A stretch of DNA of 64,000 bases from positions 1,178,001 through 1,242,000 of the forward strand of contig OZ059897.1 in assembly GCA_964057225.1 (NCBI GenBank), given 5' to 3'. This stretch comes from Auanema rhodensis (taxonomy: Eukaryota > Animalia > Nematoda). Shown here piece by piece: positions 40,560-55,632 of this stretch (its first letter is position 1; every line of letters begins with the position of its first letter). The notes under the pieces are model-generated. The model searched no databases. It saw only the letters and a list, made by a program, of their open reading frames with translations, and was not told the DNA's origin. The translations under genes and the position numbers were made by a program.

Positions 40560-42470
40560 ACATGAATTATTTTTTCGTTTTGAAAAGCATTGAATATCAT
40601 TGTTCCTTGTAATATTGGATTTGATTATTGCTTTGTTAGCTTTATGATTTTTGCTACTACATGTCATGTGTTTACTGCTCTAGCTGGTTTTCAATTTTTA
40701 TGAGATTTTTCATCATCTTACAACATATTCAATTGAATCTAACATGAAATAATTTTTCGTTTTGAAAAGCATTGAATATCATTGTTCCTTATAATATTGG
40801 ATTTGAATATTGCTTCGTTAGCTTTAAGATGTTTGCTACTACATGTCATGTGTTTGCTGCTCTAGCTGGTTTTCAATTTTTATGAGATTTTTCATCATCT
40901 TACAACAAATTCAATTGAATCTAACATGAAATAATTTTTCGTTTTGAAAAGCATTGAATATCATTGTTCCTTATAATATTGGATTTGAATATTGCTTCGT
41001 TAGTTTTATGATTTTTGCTACTACATGTCATGTGTTTGCTGCTCTAGCTGGTTTTCCATTTTTATTAGATTTTTCATCATCTTACAACAAATTCAATTGA
41101 ATCTAACATGAATCATTTTTTCGTTTTGAAAAGCATTGAATATCATTGTTCCTTGTAATATTGGATTTGATTATTTCTTTGTTAGCTTTATGATTTTTGC
41201 TACTGTATAGCTTCAGTTTGCTGCTCTAGCTGGTTTTCAATTTTTATGAGATTTTTCATCATCTTACAACAAATTCAATTGAATCTAACATGAAATAATT
41301 ATTCGTTTTGAAAAGCATTGAATATTATTGTTCCTTATAATATTGGATTTGAATATTGCTTCGTTAGTTTTATGATTTTTGCTACTACATGTCATGTGTT
41401 TAGTGCTCTAGCTGGTTTTCAATTTTTATGAGATTTTTCATCATCTTACAACAAATTCAATTGAATCTAACATGAATTATTTTTTCGTTTTGAAAAGCAT
41501 TGAATATCATTGTTCCTTGTAATATTGGATTTGATTATTGCTTTGTTAGCTTTATGATTTTTGCTACTACATGTCATGTGTTTACTGCTCTAGCTGGTTT
41601 TCAATTTTTATGAGATTTTTCATCATCTTACAACATATTCAATTGAATCTAACATGAAATAATTTTTCGTTTTGAAAAGCATTGAATATCATTGTTCCTT
41701 ATAATATTGGATTTGAATATTGCTTCGTTAGCTTTAAGATGTTTGCTACTACATGTCATGTGTTTGCTGCTCTAGCTGGTTTTCAATTTTTATGAGATTT
41801 TTCATCATCTTACAACAAATTCAATTGAATCTAACATGAAATAATTTTTCGTTTTGAAAAGCATTGAATATCATTGTTCCTTATAATATTGGATTTGAAT
41901 ATTGCTTCGTTAGTTTTATGATTTTTGCTACTACATGTCATGTGTTTGCTGCTCTAGCTGGTTTTCCATTTTTATTAGATTTTTCATCATCTTACAACAA
42001 ATTCAATTGAATCTAACATGAATCATTTTTTCGTTTTGAAAAGCATTGAATATCATTGTTCCTTGTAATATTGGATTTGATTATTTCTTTGTTAGCTTTA
42101 TGATTTTTGCTACTGTATAGCTTCAGTTTGCTGCTCTAGCTGGTTTTCAATTTTTATGAGATTTTTCATCATCTTACAACAAATTCAATTGAATCTAACA
42201 TGAAATAATTATTCGTTTTGAAAAGCATTGAATATTATTGTTCCTTATAATATTGGATTTGAATATTGCTTCGTTAGTTTTATGATTTTTGCTACTACAT
42301 GTCATGTGTTTAGTGCTCTAGCTGGTTTTCAATTTTTATGAGATTTTTCATCATCTTACAACAAATTCAATTGAATCTAACATGAATTATTTTTTCGTTT
42401 TGAAAAGCATTGAATATCATTGTTCCTTGTAATATTGGATTTGATTATTGCTTTGTTAGCTTTATGATTT
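40560..42470 (+). repeat. Sat-B 5-monomer tandem duplication (910 bp)
   Basis: CAACATATTC occurs at 40721 and 41631. GTTTTCCATT occurs at 41051 and 41961. End coordinates are approximate. Confidence 0.85.
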
Positions 42471-43739
42471 TGCTACTGTATAGCTTCAGTTTGCTGCTCT
42501 AGCTGGTTTTCAATTTTTATGAGAATTTTCATCATCTTACAACAAATTCAATTGAATCTAACATGAATTATTTTTTCGTTTTGAAAAGCATTGAATATCA
42601 TTGTTCCTTGTAATATTGGATTTGATTATTGCTTTGTTAGCTTTATGATTTTTGCTACTGTATAGCTTCAGTTTGCTGCTCTAGCTGGTTTTCAATTTTT
42701 ATGAGATTTTTCATCATCTTATAACAAATTCAATTGAATCTAACATGAAATAATTTTTCGTTTTGAAAAGCATTGAATATCATTGTTCCTTATAATATTG
42801 GATTTGAATATTGCTTCGTTAGTTTTATGATTTTTGCTACTACATGTCATGTGTTTACTGCTCTAGCTGGTTTTCAATTTTCATGAGATTTTTCATCATC
42901 TTACAACAAATTCATTTGAATCTAATATGAACTATTTTTTCGTTTTGAAAAGCATTGAATATCATTGTTCCTTATAATATTGGATTTGAATATTGCTTCG
43001 TTAGTTTTATGATTTTTGCTACTACATGTCATGTGTTTGCTGCTCTAGCTGGTTTTCCATTTTTATTAGATTTTTCACCATCTTGCAACAAATTCATTTG
43101 AATCTAATATGAACTATTTTTTCGTTTTGAAAAGCATTGAATATCATTGTTCCTTATAATATTGGATTTGAATATTGCTTCGTTAGTTTTATGATTTTTG
43201 CTACTACATGTCATGTGTTTACTGCTCTAGCTGGTTTTCAATTTTTATGAGATTTTTCATCATCTTACAACAAATTCAATTGAATCTAACATGAATTATT
43301 TTTTCGTTTTGAAAAGCATTGAATATCATTGTTCCTTGTAATATTGGATTTGATTATTGCTTTGTTAGCTTTATGATTTTTGCTACTGTATAGCTTCAGT
43401 TTGCTGCTCTAGCTGGTTTTCAATTTTTATGAGATTTTTCATCATCTTACAACAAATTCAATTGAATCTAACATGAAATAATTATTCGTTTTGAGAAGCA
43501 TTGAATATCATTGTTCCTTATAATATTGGATTTGAATATTGCTTCGTTAGTTTTATGATTTTTGCTACTGTATAGCTTCAGTTTGCTGCTCTAGCTGGTT
43601 TTCAATTTTTATGAGATTTTTCATCATCTTATAACAAATTCAATTGAATCTAACATGAATTATTTTTTCGTTTTGAAAAGCATTGAATATCATTGTTCCT
43701 TGTAATATTCGATTTGATTATTGCTTTGTTAGCTTTATG

Positions 43740-46700
43740 ATTTTTGCTACTGTATAGCTTCAGTTTGCTGCTCTAGCTGGTTTTCAATTTTTATGAGATT
43801 TTTCATCATCTTACAACAAATTCAATTGAATCTAACATGAATTATTTTTTCGTTTTGAAAAGCATTGAATATCATTGTTCCTTATAATATTGGATTTGAT
43901 TATTGCTTTGTTAGCTTTAAGATGTTTGCTTCTGCATAGCTTCAGTTTACTGCTCTAGCTGGTTTTCAATTTTTATGAGATTTTTCATCATCTTACAACA
44001 AATTCAATTGAATCTAACATAAATTATTTTTTCGTTTTGAAAAGCAATGAATATCATTGTTTCTTGTAATAATTGATTTGAATACTGCTTTATTAGTTTT
44101 ATGATTTTTGCTACTACATGTCATGTGTTTACTGCTCTAGCTGGTTTTCAATTTTTATGAGATTTTTCATCATCTTACAACAAATTCAATTGAATCTAAC
44201 ATGAATTTTTTTTTCGTTTTGAAAAGCATTGAATATCATTGTTCCTTATAATATTGGATTTGATTATTGCTTTGTTAGCTTTAAGATGTTTGCTTCTGCA
44301 TAGCTTCAGTTTACTGCTCTAGCTGGTTTTCAATTTTTATGAGATTTTTCATCATCTTACAACAAATTCAATTGAATCTAACATGAAATAATTATTCGTT
44401 TTGAAAAGCATTGAATATCATTGTTCCTTATAATATTGGATTTGAATATTGCTTCGTTAGTTTTATGATTTTTGCTACTACATGTCATGTGTTTACTGCT
44501 CTAGCTGGTTTTCAATTTTTATGAGATTTTTCATCATCTTACAACAAATTCAATTGAATCTAACATGAATTTTTTTTTCGTTTTGAAAAGCATTGAATAT
44601 CATTGTTCCTTATAATATTGGATTTGATTATTGCTTTGTTAGCTTTAAGATGTTTGCTTCTGCATAGCTTCAGTTTACTGCTCTAGCTGGTTTTCAATTT
44701 TTATGAGATTTTTCATCATCTTACAACAAATTCAATTGAATCTAACATGAATTATTTTTTCGTTTTGAAAAGCATTGAATATCATTGTTTCTTGTAATAA
44801 TTGATTTGAATACTGCTTTATTAGCTTTAAGATGTTTGCTTCTGCATAGCTTCAGTTTACTGCTCTAGCTGGTTTTCACTTTTTATGATATTTTTCATCA
44901 TCTTACAACAAATTCAATTGAATCTAACATGAATTATTTTTTCGTTTTGAAAAGCATTGAATATCATTGTTTCTTGTAATAATTGATTTGAATACTGCTT
45001 TGTTAGCTTTAAGATGTTTGCTACTATATAGCTGCAGTTTGCTGCTCTAGCTGGTTTTCACTTTTTATGATATTTTTCATCATCTTACAACAAATTCAAT
45101 TGAATCTAACATGAATTATTGTTTTGTTTTGAAAACCATTGAATATCATTGTTCCTTGTAATATTGGATTTGATTATTGCTTTGTTAGCTTTATGATTTT
45201 TGCTACTGTTTAGCTTCAGTTTGCTGCTCTAGCTGGTTTTCAATTTTTATTAGATTTTTCACCATCTTGCAACAAATTCATTTGAATCTAATATGAACTA
45301 TTTTTTCGTTTTGAAAAGCATTGAATATCATTGTTCCTTATAATATTGGATTTGAATATTGCTTCGTTAGTTTTATGATTTTTGCTACTACATGTCATGT
45401 GTTTACTGCTCTAGCTGGTTTTCAATTTTTATGAGATTTTTCATCATCTTACAACAAATTCAATTGAATCTAATATGAACTATTTTTTCGTTTTGAAAAG
45501 CATTGAATATCATTGTTCCTTATAATATTGGATTTGAATATTGCTTCGTTAGTTTTATGATTTTTGCTACTACATGTCATGTGTTTACTGCTCTAGCTGG
45601 TTTTCAATTTTTATGAGATTTTTCATCATCTTACAACAAATTCAATTGAATCTAACATGAATTATTTTTTCGTTTTGAAAAGCATTGAATATCATTGTTC
45701 CTTGTAATATTGGATTTGATTATTGCTTTGTTAGCTTTATGATTTTTGCTACTGTATAGCTTCAGTTTGCTGCTCTAGCTGGTTTTCAATTTTTATGAGA
45801 TTTTTCATCATCTTACAACAAATTCAATTGAATCTAACATGAAATAATTATTCGTTTTGAAAAGCATTGAATATCATTGTTCCTTATAATATTGGATTTG
45901 AATATTGCTTCGTTAGTTTTATGATTTTTGCTACTACATGTCATGTGTTTACTGCTCTAGCTGGTTTTCAATTTTTATGAGATTTTTCATCATCTTACAA
46001 CAAATTCAATTGAATCTAATATGAACTATTTTTTCGTTTTGAAAAGCATTGAATATCATTGTTCCTTATAATATTGGATTTGAATATTGCTTCGTTAGTT
46101 TTATGATTTTTGCTACTACATGTCATGTGTTTACTGCTCTAGCTGGTTTTCAATTTTTATGAGATTTTTCATCATCTTACAACAAATTCAATTGAATCTA
46201 ACATGAATTATTTTTTCGTTCTGAAAAGCATTGAATATCATTGTTCCTTGTAATATTCGATTTGATTATTGCTTTGTTAGCTTTATGATTTTTGCTACTG
46301 TATAGCTTCAGTTTGCTGCTCTAGCTGGTTTTCAATTTTTATGAGATTTTTCACCATCTTGCAACAAATTCATTTGAATCTAATATGAACTATTTTTCCG
46401 TTTCAAATAGTAGTGAATATCATTGTTTCTTGTAATAATTGATTTGAATACTGCTTTGTTAGCTTTAAGATGTTTGCTACTGTATAGCTTCAGTTTACTG
46501 CTCTAGCTGGTTTTCAATTTTTATGAGATTTTTCATCATCTTACAACAAATTCAATTGAATCTAACATGAATTATTTTTTCGTTTTGAAAAGCATTGAAT
46601 ATCATTGTTTCTTGTAATAATTGATTTGAATATTGCTTTGTTAGCTTTAAGATGTTTGCTTCTGCATAGCTTCAGTTTGCTGCTCTAGCTGGTTTTCAAT

Positions 46701-49700
46701 TTTTATTAGATTTTTCACCATCTTGCAACAAATTCATTTGAATCTAATATGAACTATTTTTTCGTTTTGAAAAGCATTGAATATCATTGTTCCTTGTAAT
46801 ATTGGATTTGATTATTGCTTTGTTAGCTTTATGATTTTTGCTACTGTATAGCTTCAGTTTGCTGCTCTAGCTGGTTTTCAATTTTTATTAGATTTTTCAT
46901 CATCTTACAACAAATTCAATTGAATCTAACATGAAATAATTATTCGTTTTGAGAAGCATTGAATATCATTGTTCCTTGTAATATTGGATTTGATTATTGC
47001 TTTGTTAGCTTTATGATTTTTGCTACTGTATAGCTTCAGTTTGCTGCTCTAGCTGGTTTTCAATTTTTATGAGATTTTTCATCATCTTACAACAAATTCA
47101 ATTGAATCTAACATGAAATAATTATTCGTTTTGAGAAGCATTGAATATCATTGTTCCTTATAATATTGGATTTGAATATTGCTTCGTTAGTTTTATGATT
47201 TTTGCTACTGTATAGCTTCAGTTTGCTGCTCTAGCTGGTTTTCAATTTTTATGAGATTTTTCATCATCTTACAACAAATTCAATTGAATCTAACATGAAT
47301 TATTTTTTCGTTTTGAAAAGCATTGAATATCATTGTTCCTTATAATATTGGATTTGATTATTGCTTTGTTAGCTTTAAGATGTTTGCTTCTGCATAGCTT
47401 CAGTTTACTGCTCTAGCTGGTTTTCAATTTTTATGAGATTTTTCATCATCTTACAACAAATTCAATTGAATCTAACATAAATTATTTTTTCGTTTTGAAA
47501 AGCAATGAATATCATTGTTTCTTGTAATAATTGATTTGAATACTGCTTTATTAGTTTTATGATTTTTGCTACTACATGTCATGTGTTTACTGCTCTAGCT
47601 GGTTTTCAATTTTTATGAGATTTTTCATCATCTTACAACAAATTCAATTGAATCTAACATGAATTTTTTTTTCGTTTTGAAAAGCATTGAATATCATTGT
47701 TCCTTATAATATTGGATTTGATTATTGCTTTGTTAGCTTTAAGATGTTTGCTTCTGCATAGCTTCAGTTTACTGCTCTAGCTGGTTTTCAATTTTTATGA
47801 GATTTTTCATCATCTTACAACAAATTCAATTGAATCTAACATGAAATAATTATTCGTTTTGAAAAGCATTGAATATCATTGTTCCTTATAATATTGGATT
47901 TGAATATTGCTTCGTTAGTTTTATGATTTTTGCTACTACATGTCATGTGTTTACTGCTCTAGCTGGTTTTCAATTTTTATGAGATTTTTCATCATCTTAC
48001 AACAAATTCAATTGAATCTAACATGAATTTTTTTTTCGTTTTGAAAAGCATTGAATATCATTGTTCCTTATAATATTGGATTTGATTATTGCTTTGTTAG
48101 CTTTAAGATGTTTGCTTCTGCATAGCTTCAGTTTACTGCTCTAGCTGGTTTTCAATTTTTATGAGATTTTTCATCATCTTACAACAAATTCAATTGAATC
48201 TAACATGAATTATTTTTTCGTTTTGAAAAGCATTGAATATCATTGTTTCTTGTAATAATTGATTTGAATACTGCTTTATTAGCTTTAAGATGTTTGCTTC
48301 TGCATAGCTTCAGTTTACTGCTCTAGCTGGTTTTCACTTTTTATGATATTTTTCATCATCTTACAACAAATTCAATTGAATCTAACATGAATTATTTTTT
48401 CGTTTTGAAAAGCATTGAATATCATTGTTTCTTGTAATAATTGATTTGAATACTGCTTTGTTAGCTTTAAGATGTTTGCTACTATATAGCTGCAGTTTGC
48501 TGCTCTAGCTGGTTTTCACTTTTTATGATATTTTTCATCATCTTACAACAAATTCAATTGAATCTAACATGAATTATTGTTTTGTTTTGAAAACCATTGA
48601 ATATCATTGTTCCTTGTAATATTGGATTTGATTATTGCTTTGTTAGCTTTATGATTTTTGCTACTGTTTAGCTTCAGTTTGCTGCTCTAGCTGGTTTTCA
48701 ATTTTTATTAGATTTTTCACCATCTTGCAACAAATTCATTTGAATCTAATATGAACTATTTTTTCGTTTTGAAAAGCATTGAATATCATTGTTCCTTATA
48801 ATATTGGATTTGAATATTGCTTCGTTAGTTTTATGATTTTTGCTACTACATGTCATGTGTTTACTGCTCTAGCTGGTTTTCAATTTTTATGAGATTTTTC
48901 ATCATCTTACAACAAATTCAATTGAATCTAATATGAACTATTTTTTCGTTTTGAAAAGCATTGAATATCATTGTTCCTTATAATATTGGATTTGAATATT
49001 GCTTCGTTAGTTTTATGATTTTTGCTACTACATGTCATGTGTTTACTGCTCTAGCTGGTTTTCAATTTTTATGAGATTTTTCATCATCTTACAACAAATT
49101 CAATTGAATCTAACATGAATTATTTTTTCGTTTTGAAAAGCATTGAATATCATTGTTCCTTGTAATATTGGATTTGATTATTGCTTTGTTAGCTTTATGA
49201 TTTTTGCTACTGTATAGCTTCAGTTTGCTGCTCTAGCTGGTTTTCAATTTTTATGAGATTTTTCATCATCTTACAACAAATTCAATTGAATCTAACATGA
49301 AATAATTATTCGTTTTGAAAAGCATTGAATATCATTGTTCCTTATAATATTGGATTTGAATATTGCTTCGTTAGTTTTATGATTTTTGCTACTACATGTC
49401 ATGTGTTTACTGCTCTAGCTGGTTTTCAATTTTTATGAGATTTTTCATCATCTTACAACAAATTCAATTGAATCTAATATGAACTATTTTTTCGTTTTGA
49501 AAAGCATTGAATATCATTGTTCCTTATAATATTGGATTTGAATATTGCTTCGTTAGTTTTATGATTTTTGCTACTACATGTCATGTGTTTACTGCTCTAG
49601 CTGGTTTTCAATTTTTATGAGATTTTTCATCATCTTACAACAAATTCAATTGAATCTAACATGAATTATTTTTTCGTTCTGAAAAGCATTGAATATCATT

Positions 49701-50254
49701 GTTCCTTGTAATATTCGATTTGATTATTGCTTTGTTAGCTTTATGATTTTTGCTACTGTATAGCTTCAGTTTGCTGCTCTAGCTGGTTTTCAATTTTTAT
49801 GAGATTTTTCACCATCTTGCAACAAATTCATTTGAATCTAATATGAACTATTTTTCCGTTTCAAATAGTAGTGAATATCATTGTTTCTTGTAATAATTGA
49901 TTTGAATACTGCTTTGTTAGCTTTAAGATGTTTGCTACTGTATAGCTTCAGTTTACTGCTCTAGCTGGTTTTCAATTTTTATGAGATTTTTCATCATCTT
50001 ACAACAAATTCAATTGAATCTAACATGAATTATTTTTTCGTTTTGAAAAGCATTGAATATCATTGTTTCTTGTAATAATTGATTTGAATATTGCTTTGTT
50101 AGCTTTAAGATGTTTGCTTCTGCATAGCTTCAGTTTGCTGCTCTAGCTGGTTTTCAATTTTTATTAGATTTTTCACCATCTTGCAACAAATTCATTTGAA
50201 TCTAATATGAACTATTTTTTCGTTTTGAAAAGCATTGAATATCATTGTTCCTTA
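43740..50254 (+). repeat. Sat-B segmental duplication of about 3.05 kb at a 19-monomer offset (3458 bp)
   Basis: GCAATG at 44044/47502, TTTTCACT at 44873/48331 and the C of CGTTCTG at 46221/49679 are all offset by 3458. Confidence 0.88.
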
Positions 50255-53200
50255 TAATATTGGATTTGAATATTGCTTCGTTAGTTTTATGATTTTTGCT
50301 ACTACATGTCATGTGTTTACTGCTCTAGCTGGTTTTCAATTTTTATGAGATTTTTCATCATCTTACAACAAATTCAATTGAATCTAACATGAATTATTGT
50401 TTTGTTTTGAAAACCATTGAATATCATTGTTCCTTGTAATATTGGATTTGATTATTGCTTTGTTAGCTTTAAGATGTTTGCTACTGTATAGCTGCAGTTT
50501 GCTGCTCTAGCTGGTTTTCAATTTTTATTAGATTTTTCACCATCTTGCAACAAATTCATTTGAATCTAATATGAACTATTTTTTCGTTTTGAAAAGCATT
50601 GAATATCATTGTTCCTTATAATATTGGATTTGAATATTGCTTCGTTAGTTTTATGATTTTTGCTACTACATGTCATGTGTTTACTGCTCTAGCTAGTTTT
50701 CCATTTTTATGAGAATAATCTTCCTGTGACAACAAATTCATTTGAATCTAATATGAATTTTTTTTTTAAAAAGCATCGAATATCATTATTTCTTGTAATG
50801 ATGGATTTGAATATTGCTTTGTTAGCTTTAAGATGTTTGCTACTGTATAGCTGCAGTTTGCTGCTCTAGCTGGTTTTCAATTTTTATGAGATTTTTCATC
50901 ATCTTACAACAAATTCAATTGAATCTAACATGAATTATTTTTTCGTTTTGAAAAGCATTGAATATCATTGTTCCTTATAATATTGGATTTGATTATTGCT
51001 TTGTTAGCTTTAAGATGTTTGCTTCTGCATAGCTTCAGTTTACTGCTCTAGCTGGTTTTCAATTTTTATGAGATTTTTCATCATCTTACAACAAATTCAA
51101 TTGAATCTAACATAAATTATTTTTTCGTTTTGAAAAGCAATGAATATCATTGTTTCTTGTAATAATTGATTTGAATACTGCTTTATTAGCTTTAAGATGT
51201 TTGCTTCTGCATAGCTTCAGTTTACTGCTCTAGCTGGTTTTCAATTTTTATTAGATTTTTCATCATGTTACAACAAATTCAATTGAATCTAACATGAAAT
51301 AATTATTCGTTTTGAAAAGCATTGAATATCATTGTTCCTTATAATATTGGATCTGAATATTGCTTCGTTAGTTTTATGATTTTTGCTACTACATGTCATG
51401 TGTTTACTGCTCTAGCTGGTTTTCAATTTTTATGAGATTTTTCATCATCTTACAACAAATTCAATTGAATCTAACATGAATTTTTTTTTCGTTTTGAAAA
51501 GCATTGAATATCATTGTTCCTTATAATATTGGATTTGATTATTGCTTTGTTAGCTTTAAGATGTTTGCTTCTGCATAGCTTCAGTTTACTGCTCTAGCTG
51601 GTTTTCAATTTTTATGAGATTTTTCATCATCTTACAACAAATTCAATTGAATCTAACATGAATTATTTTTTCGTTTTGAAAAGCATTGAATATCATTGTT
51701 CCTTATAATATTGGATTTGATTATTGCTTTGTTAGCTTTATGATTTTTGCTACTGTATAGCTTCAGTTTGCTGCTCTAGCTGGTTTTCAATTTTTATGAG
51801 ATTTTTCATCATCTTACAACAAATTCAATTGAATCTAACATGAAATAATTATTCGTTTTGAAAAGCATTGAATATCATTGTTCCTTATAATATTGGATTT
51901 GAATATTGCTTCGTTAGTTTTATGATTTTTGCTACTGTATAGCTTCAGTTTGCTGCTCTAGCTGGTTTTCAATTTTTATGAGATTTTTCATCATCTTATA
52001 ACAAATTCAATTGAATCTAACATGAATTATTTTTTCGTTTTGAAAAGCATTGAATATCATTGTTCCTTGTAATATTCGATTTGATTATTGCTTTGTTAGC
52101 TTTATGATTTTTGCTACTGTATAGCTTCAGTTTGCTGCTCTAGCTGGTTTTCAATTTTTATGAGATTTTTCATCATCTTACAACAAATTCAATTGAATCT
52201 AACATAAATTATTTTTCCGTTTCAAATAGTAGTGAATATCATTGTTTCTTGTAATAATTGATTTGAATACTGCTTTGTTAGCTTTAAGATGTTTGCTACT
52301 GTATAGCTTCAGTTTACTGCTCTAGCTGGTTTTCAATTTTTATGAGATTTTTCATCATCTTACAACAAATTCAATTGAATCTAACATGAATTATTTTTTC
52401 GTTTTGAAAAGCAATGAATATCATTGTTTCTTGTAATAATTGATTTGAATACTGCTTTATTAGCTTTAAGATGTTTGCTACTACATGTCATGTGTTTACT
52501 GCTCTAGCTGGTTTTCAATTTTTATGAGATTTTTCATCATCTTACAACAAATTCAATTGAATCTAACATGAATTATTGTTTTGTTTTGAAAACCATTGAA
52601 TATCATTGTTCCTTGTAATATTGGATTTGATTATTGCTTTGTTAGCTTTAAGATGTTTGCTACTGTATAGCTGCAGTTTGCTGCTCTAGCTGGTTTTCAA
52701 TTTTTATTAGATTTTTCACCATCTTGCAACAAATTCGTTTGAATCTAATATGAACTATTTTTCCGTTTCAAATAGTAGTGAATATCATTGTTTCTTGTAA
52801 TATTGGACTTGAATATTGCTTTGTTTGCTTTAAGATTTTTGCTACTACATGCCCTGTGTTTACTGCTCTAGCTAGTTTTCCATTTTTATGAGAATAATCG
52901 TCCTGTGACAACAAATTCATTTGAATCTAATATGTATTTTTTTTTTTAAAAAGCATCGAATATCATTATTTCTTGTAATGATGGATTTGAATATTGCTTT
53001 GTTAGCTTTAAGATGTTTGCTACTGTATAGCTGCAGTTTGCTGCTCTAGCTGGTTTTCAATTTTTATGAGATTTTTCATCATCTTACAACAAATTCAATT
53101 GAATCTAACATGAATTATTTTTTCGTTTTGAAAAGCATTGAATATCATTGTTCCTTATAATATTGGATTTGATTATTGCTTTGTTAGCTTTAAGATGTTT

Positions 53201-53405
53201 GCTTCTGCATAGCTTCAGTTTACTGCTCTAGCTGGTTTTCAATTTTTATGAGATTTTTCATCATCTTACAACAAATTCAATTGAATCTAACATAAATTAT
53301 TTTTTCGTTTTGAAAAGCATTGAATATCATTGTTTCTTGTAATAATTGATTTGAATACTGCTTTGTTAGCTTTAAGATGTTTGCTACTGTATAGCTGCAG
53401 TTTGC

Positions 53406-55632
53406 AATGCTTTTCAAAACGAAAAAATAATTCATGTTAGATTCAATTGCATTTGTTGTAAGATGATGAAAAATATCATAAAAAGTGAAAACCAGCTAGA
53501 GCAGTAAACTGAAGCTATGCAGAAGCAAACATCTTAAAGCTAATAAAGCAGTATTCAAATCAATTATTACAAGAAACAATGATATTCAATGCTTTTCAAA
53601 ACGAAAAAATAATTCATGTTAGATTCAATTGAATTTGTTGTAAGATGATGAAAAATCTCATAAAAATTGAAAACCAGCTAGAGCAGTAAACTGAAGCTAT
53701 GCAGAAGCAAACATCTTAAAGCTAACAAAGCAATAATCAAATCCAATATTATAAGGAACAATGATATTCAATGCTTTTCAAAACGAAAAAAAAATTCATG
53801 TTAGATTCAATTGAATTTGTTGTAAGATGATGAAAAATCTCATAAAAATTGAAAACCAGCTAGAGCAGTAAACACATGACATGTAGTAGCAAAAATCATA
53901 AAACTAACGAAGCAATATTCAGATCCAATATTATAAGGAACAATGATATTCAATGCTTTTCAAAACGAATAATTATTTCATGTTAGATTCAATTGAATTT
54001 GTTGTAAGATGATGAAAAATCTCATAAAAATTGAAAACCAGCTAGAGCAGTAAACTGAAGCTATGCAGAAGCAAACATCTTAAAGCTAATAAAGCAGTAT
54101 TCAAATCAATTATTACAAGAAACAATGATATTCATTGCTTTTCAAAACGAAAAAATAATTTATGTTAGATTCAATTGAATTTGTTGTAAGATGATGAAAA
54201 ATCTCATAAAAATTGAAAACCAGCTAGAGCAGTAAACTGAAGCTATGCAGAAGCAAACATCTTAAAGCTAACAAAGCAATAATCAAATCCAATATTATAA
54301 GGAACAATGATATTCAATGCTTTTCAAAACGAAAAAATAATTCATGTTAGATTCAATTGAATTTGTTGTAAGATGATGAAAAATCTCATAAAAATTGAAA
54401 ACCAGCTAGAGCAGCAAACTGCAGCTATACAGTAGCAAACATCTTAAAGCTAACAAAGCAATATTCAAATCCATCATTACAAGAAATAATGATATTCGAT
54501 GCTTTTTAAAAAAAAAAATTCATATTAGATTCAAATGAATTTGTTGTCACAGGACGATTATTCTCATAAAAATGGAAAACTAGCTAGAGCAGTAAACACA
54601 GGGCATGTAGTAGCAAAAATCTTAAAGCAAACAAAGCAATATTCAAATCCAATATTACAAGAAACAATGATATTCACTACTATTTGAAACGGAAAAATAG
54701 TTCATATTAGATTCAAACGAATTTGTTGCAAGATGGTGAAAAATCTAATAAAAATTGAAAACCAGCTAGAGCAGCAAACTGCAGCTATACAGTAGCAAAC
54801 ATCTTAAAGCTAACAAAGCAATAATCAAATCCAATATTACAAGGAACAATGATATTCAATGGTTTTCAAAACAAAACAATAATTCATGTTAGATTCAATT
54901 GAATTTGTTGTAAGATGATTAAAATCTCATAAAAATTGAAAACCAGCTAGAGCAGTAAACACATGACATGTAGTAGCAAAAATCATAAAACTAACGAAGC
55001 AATATTCAAATCCAATATTATAAGGAACAATGATATTCAATGCTTTTCAAAACGAAAAAATAGTTCATATTAGATTCAAATGAATTTGTTGCAAGATGGT
55101 GAAAAATCTAATAAAAATTGAAAACCAGCTAGAGCAGCAAACTGAAGCTATGCAGAAGCAAACATCTTAAAGCTAACAAAGCAATATTCAAATCAATTAT
55201 TACAAGAAACAATGATATTCAATGCTTTTCAAAACGAAAAAATAATTCATGTTAGATTCAATTGAATTTGTTGTAAGATGATGAAAAATCTCATAAAAAT
55301 TGAAAACCAGCTAGAGCAGTAAACTGAAGCTATACAGTAGCAAACATCTTAAAGCTAACAAAGCAGTATTCAAATCAATTATTACAAGAAACAATGATAT
55401 TCACTACTATTTGAAACGGAAAAATAGTTCATATTAGATTCAAATGAATTTGTTGCAAGATGGTGAAAAATCTCATAAAAATTGAAAACCAGCTAGAGCA
55501 GCAAACTGAAGCTATACAGTAGCAAAAATCATAAAGCTAACAAAGCAATAATCAAATCGAATATTACAAGGAACAATGATATTCAATGCTTTTCAAAACG
55601 AAAAAATAATTCATGTTAGATTCAATTGAATT
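53406..55632 (-). repeat. Inverted block of Sat-B (about 2227 bp, about 12.2 monomers)
   Basis: The sequence switches to the reverse complement (GAAAACCAGCTAGAGC; CAATGCTTTTCAAAACG) after ...GCAGTTTGC at 53405. It returns to forward orientation after ...GATTCAATTGAATT at 55632. Confidence 0.98.

Larger units (their letters stand above)
37765..53405 (+). repeat. Tandem satellite array Sat-B, 182-bp monomer, forward orientation, proximal subfamily
   Basis: GCTCTAGCTGGTTTTC recurs at 37768, 37949, 38131, 38313, 38495 and onward (period 182, occasionally 181 or 177-178). GC count is 48/182 on the monomer at 38131. Typical alleles are TTTTGAAAAGC, TATCATTGTTCC and TACATGTCATGTG. Confidence 0.99.

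Noticed and set aside
53406-55632. Inverted block as a mobile element insertion
   Set aside because: It is pure Sat-B sequence, with no terminal inverted repeats, target-site duplication or coding capacity.
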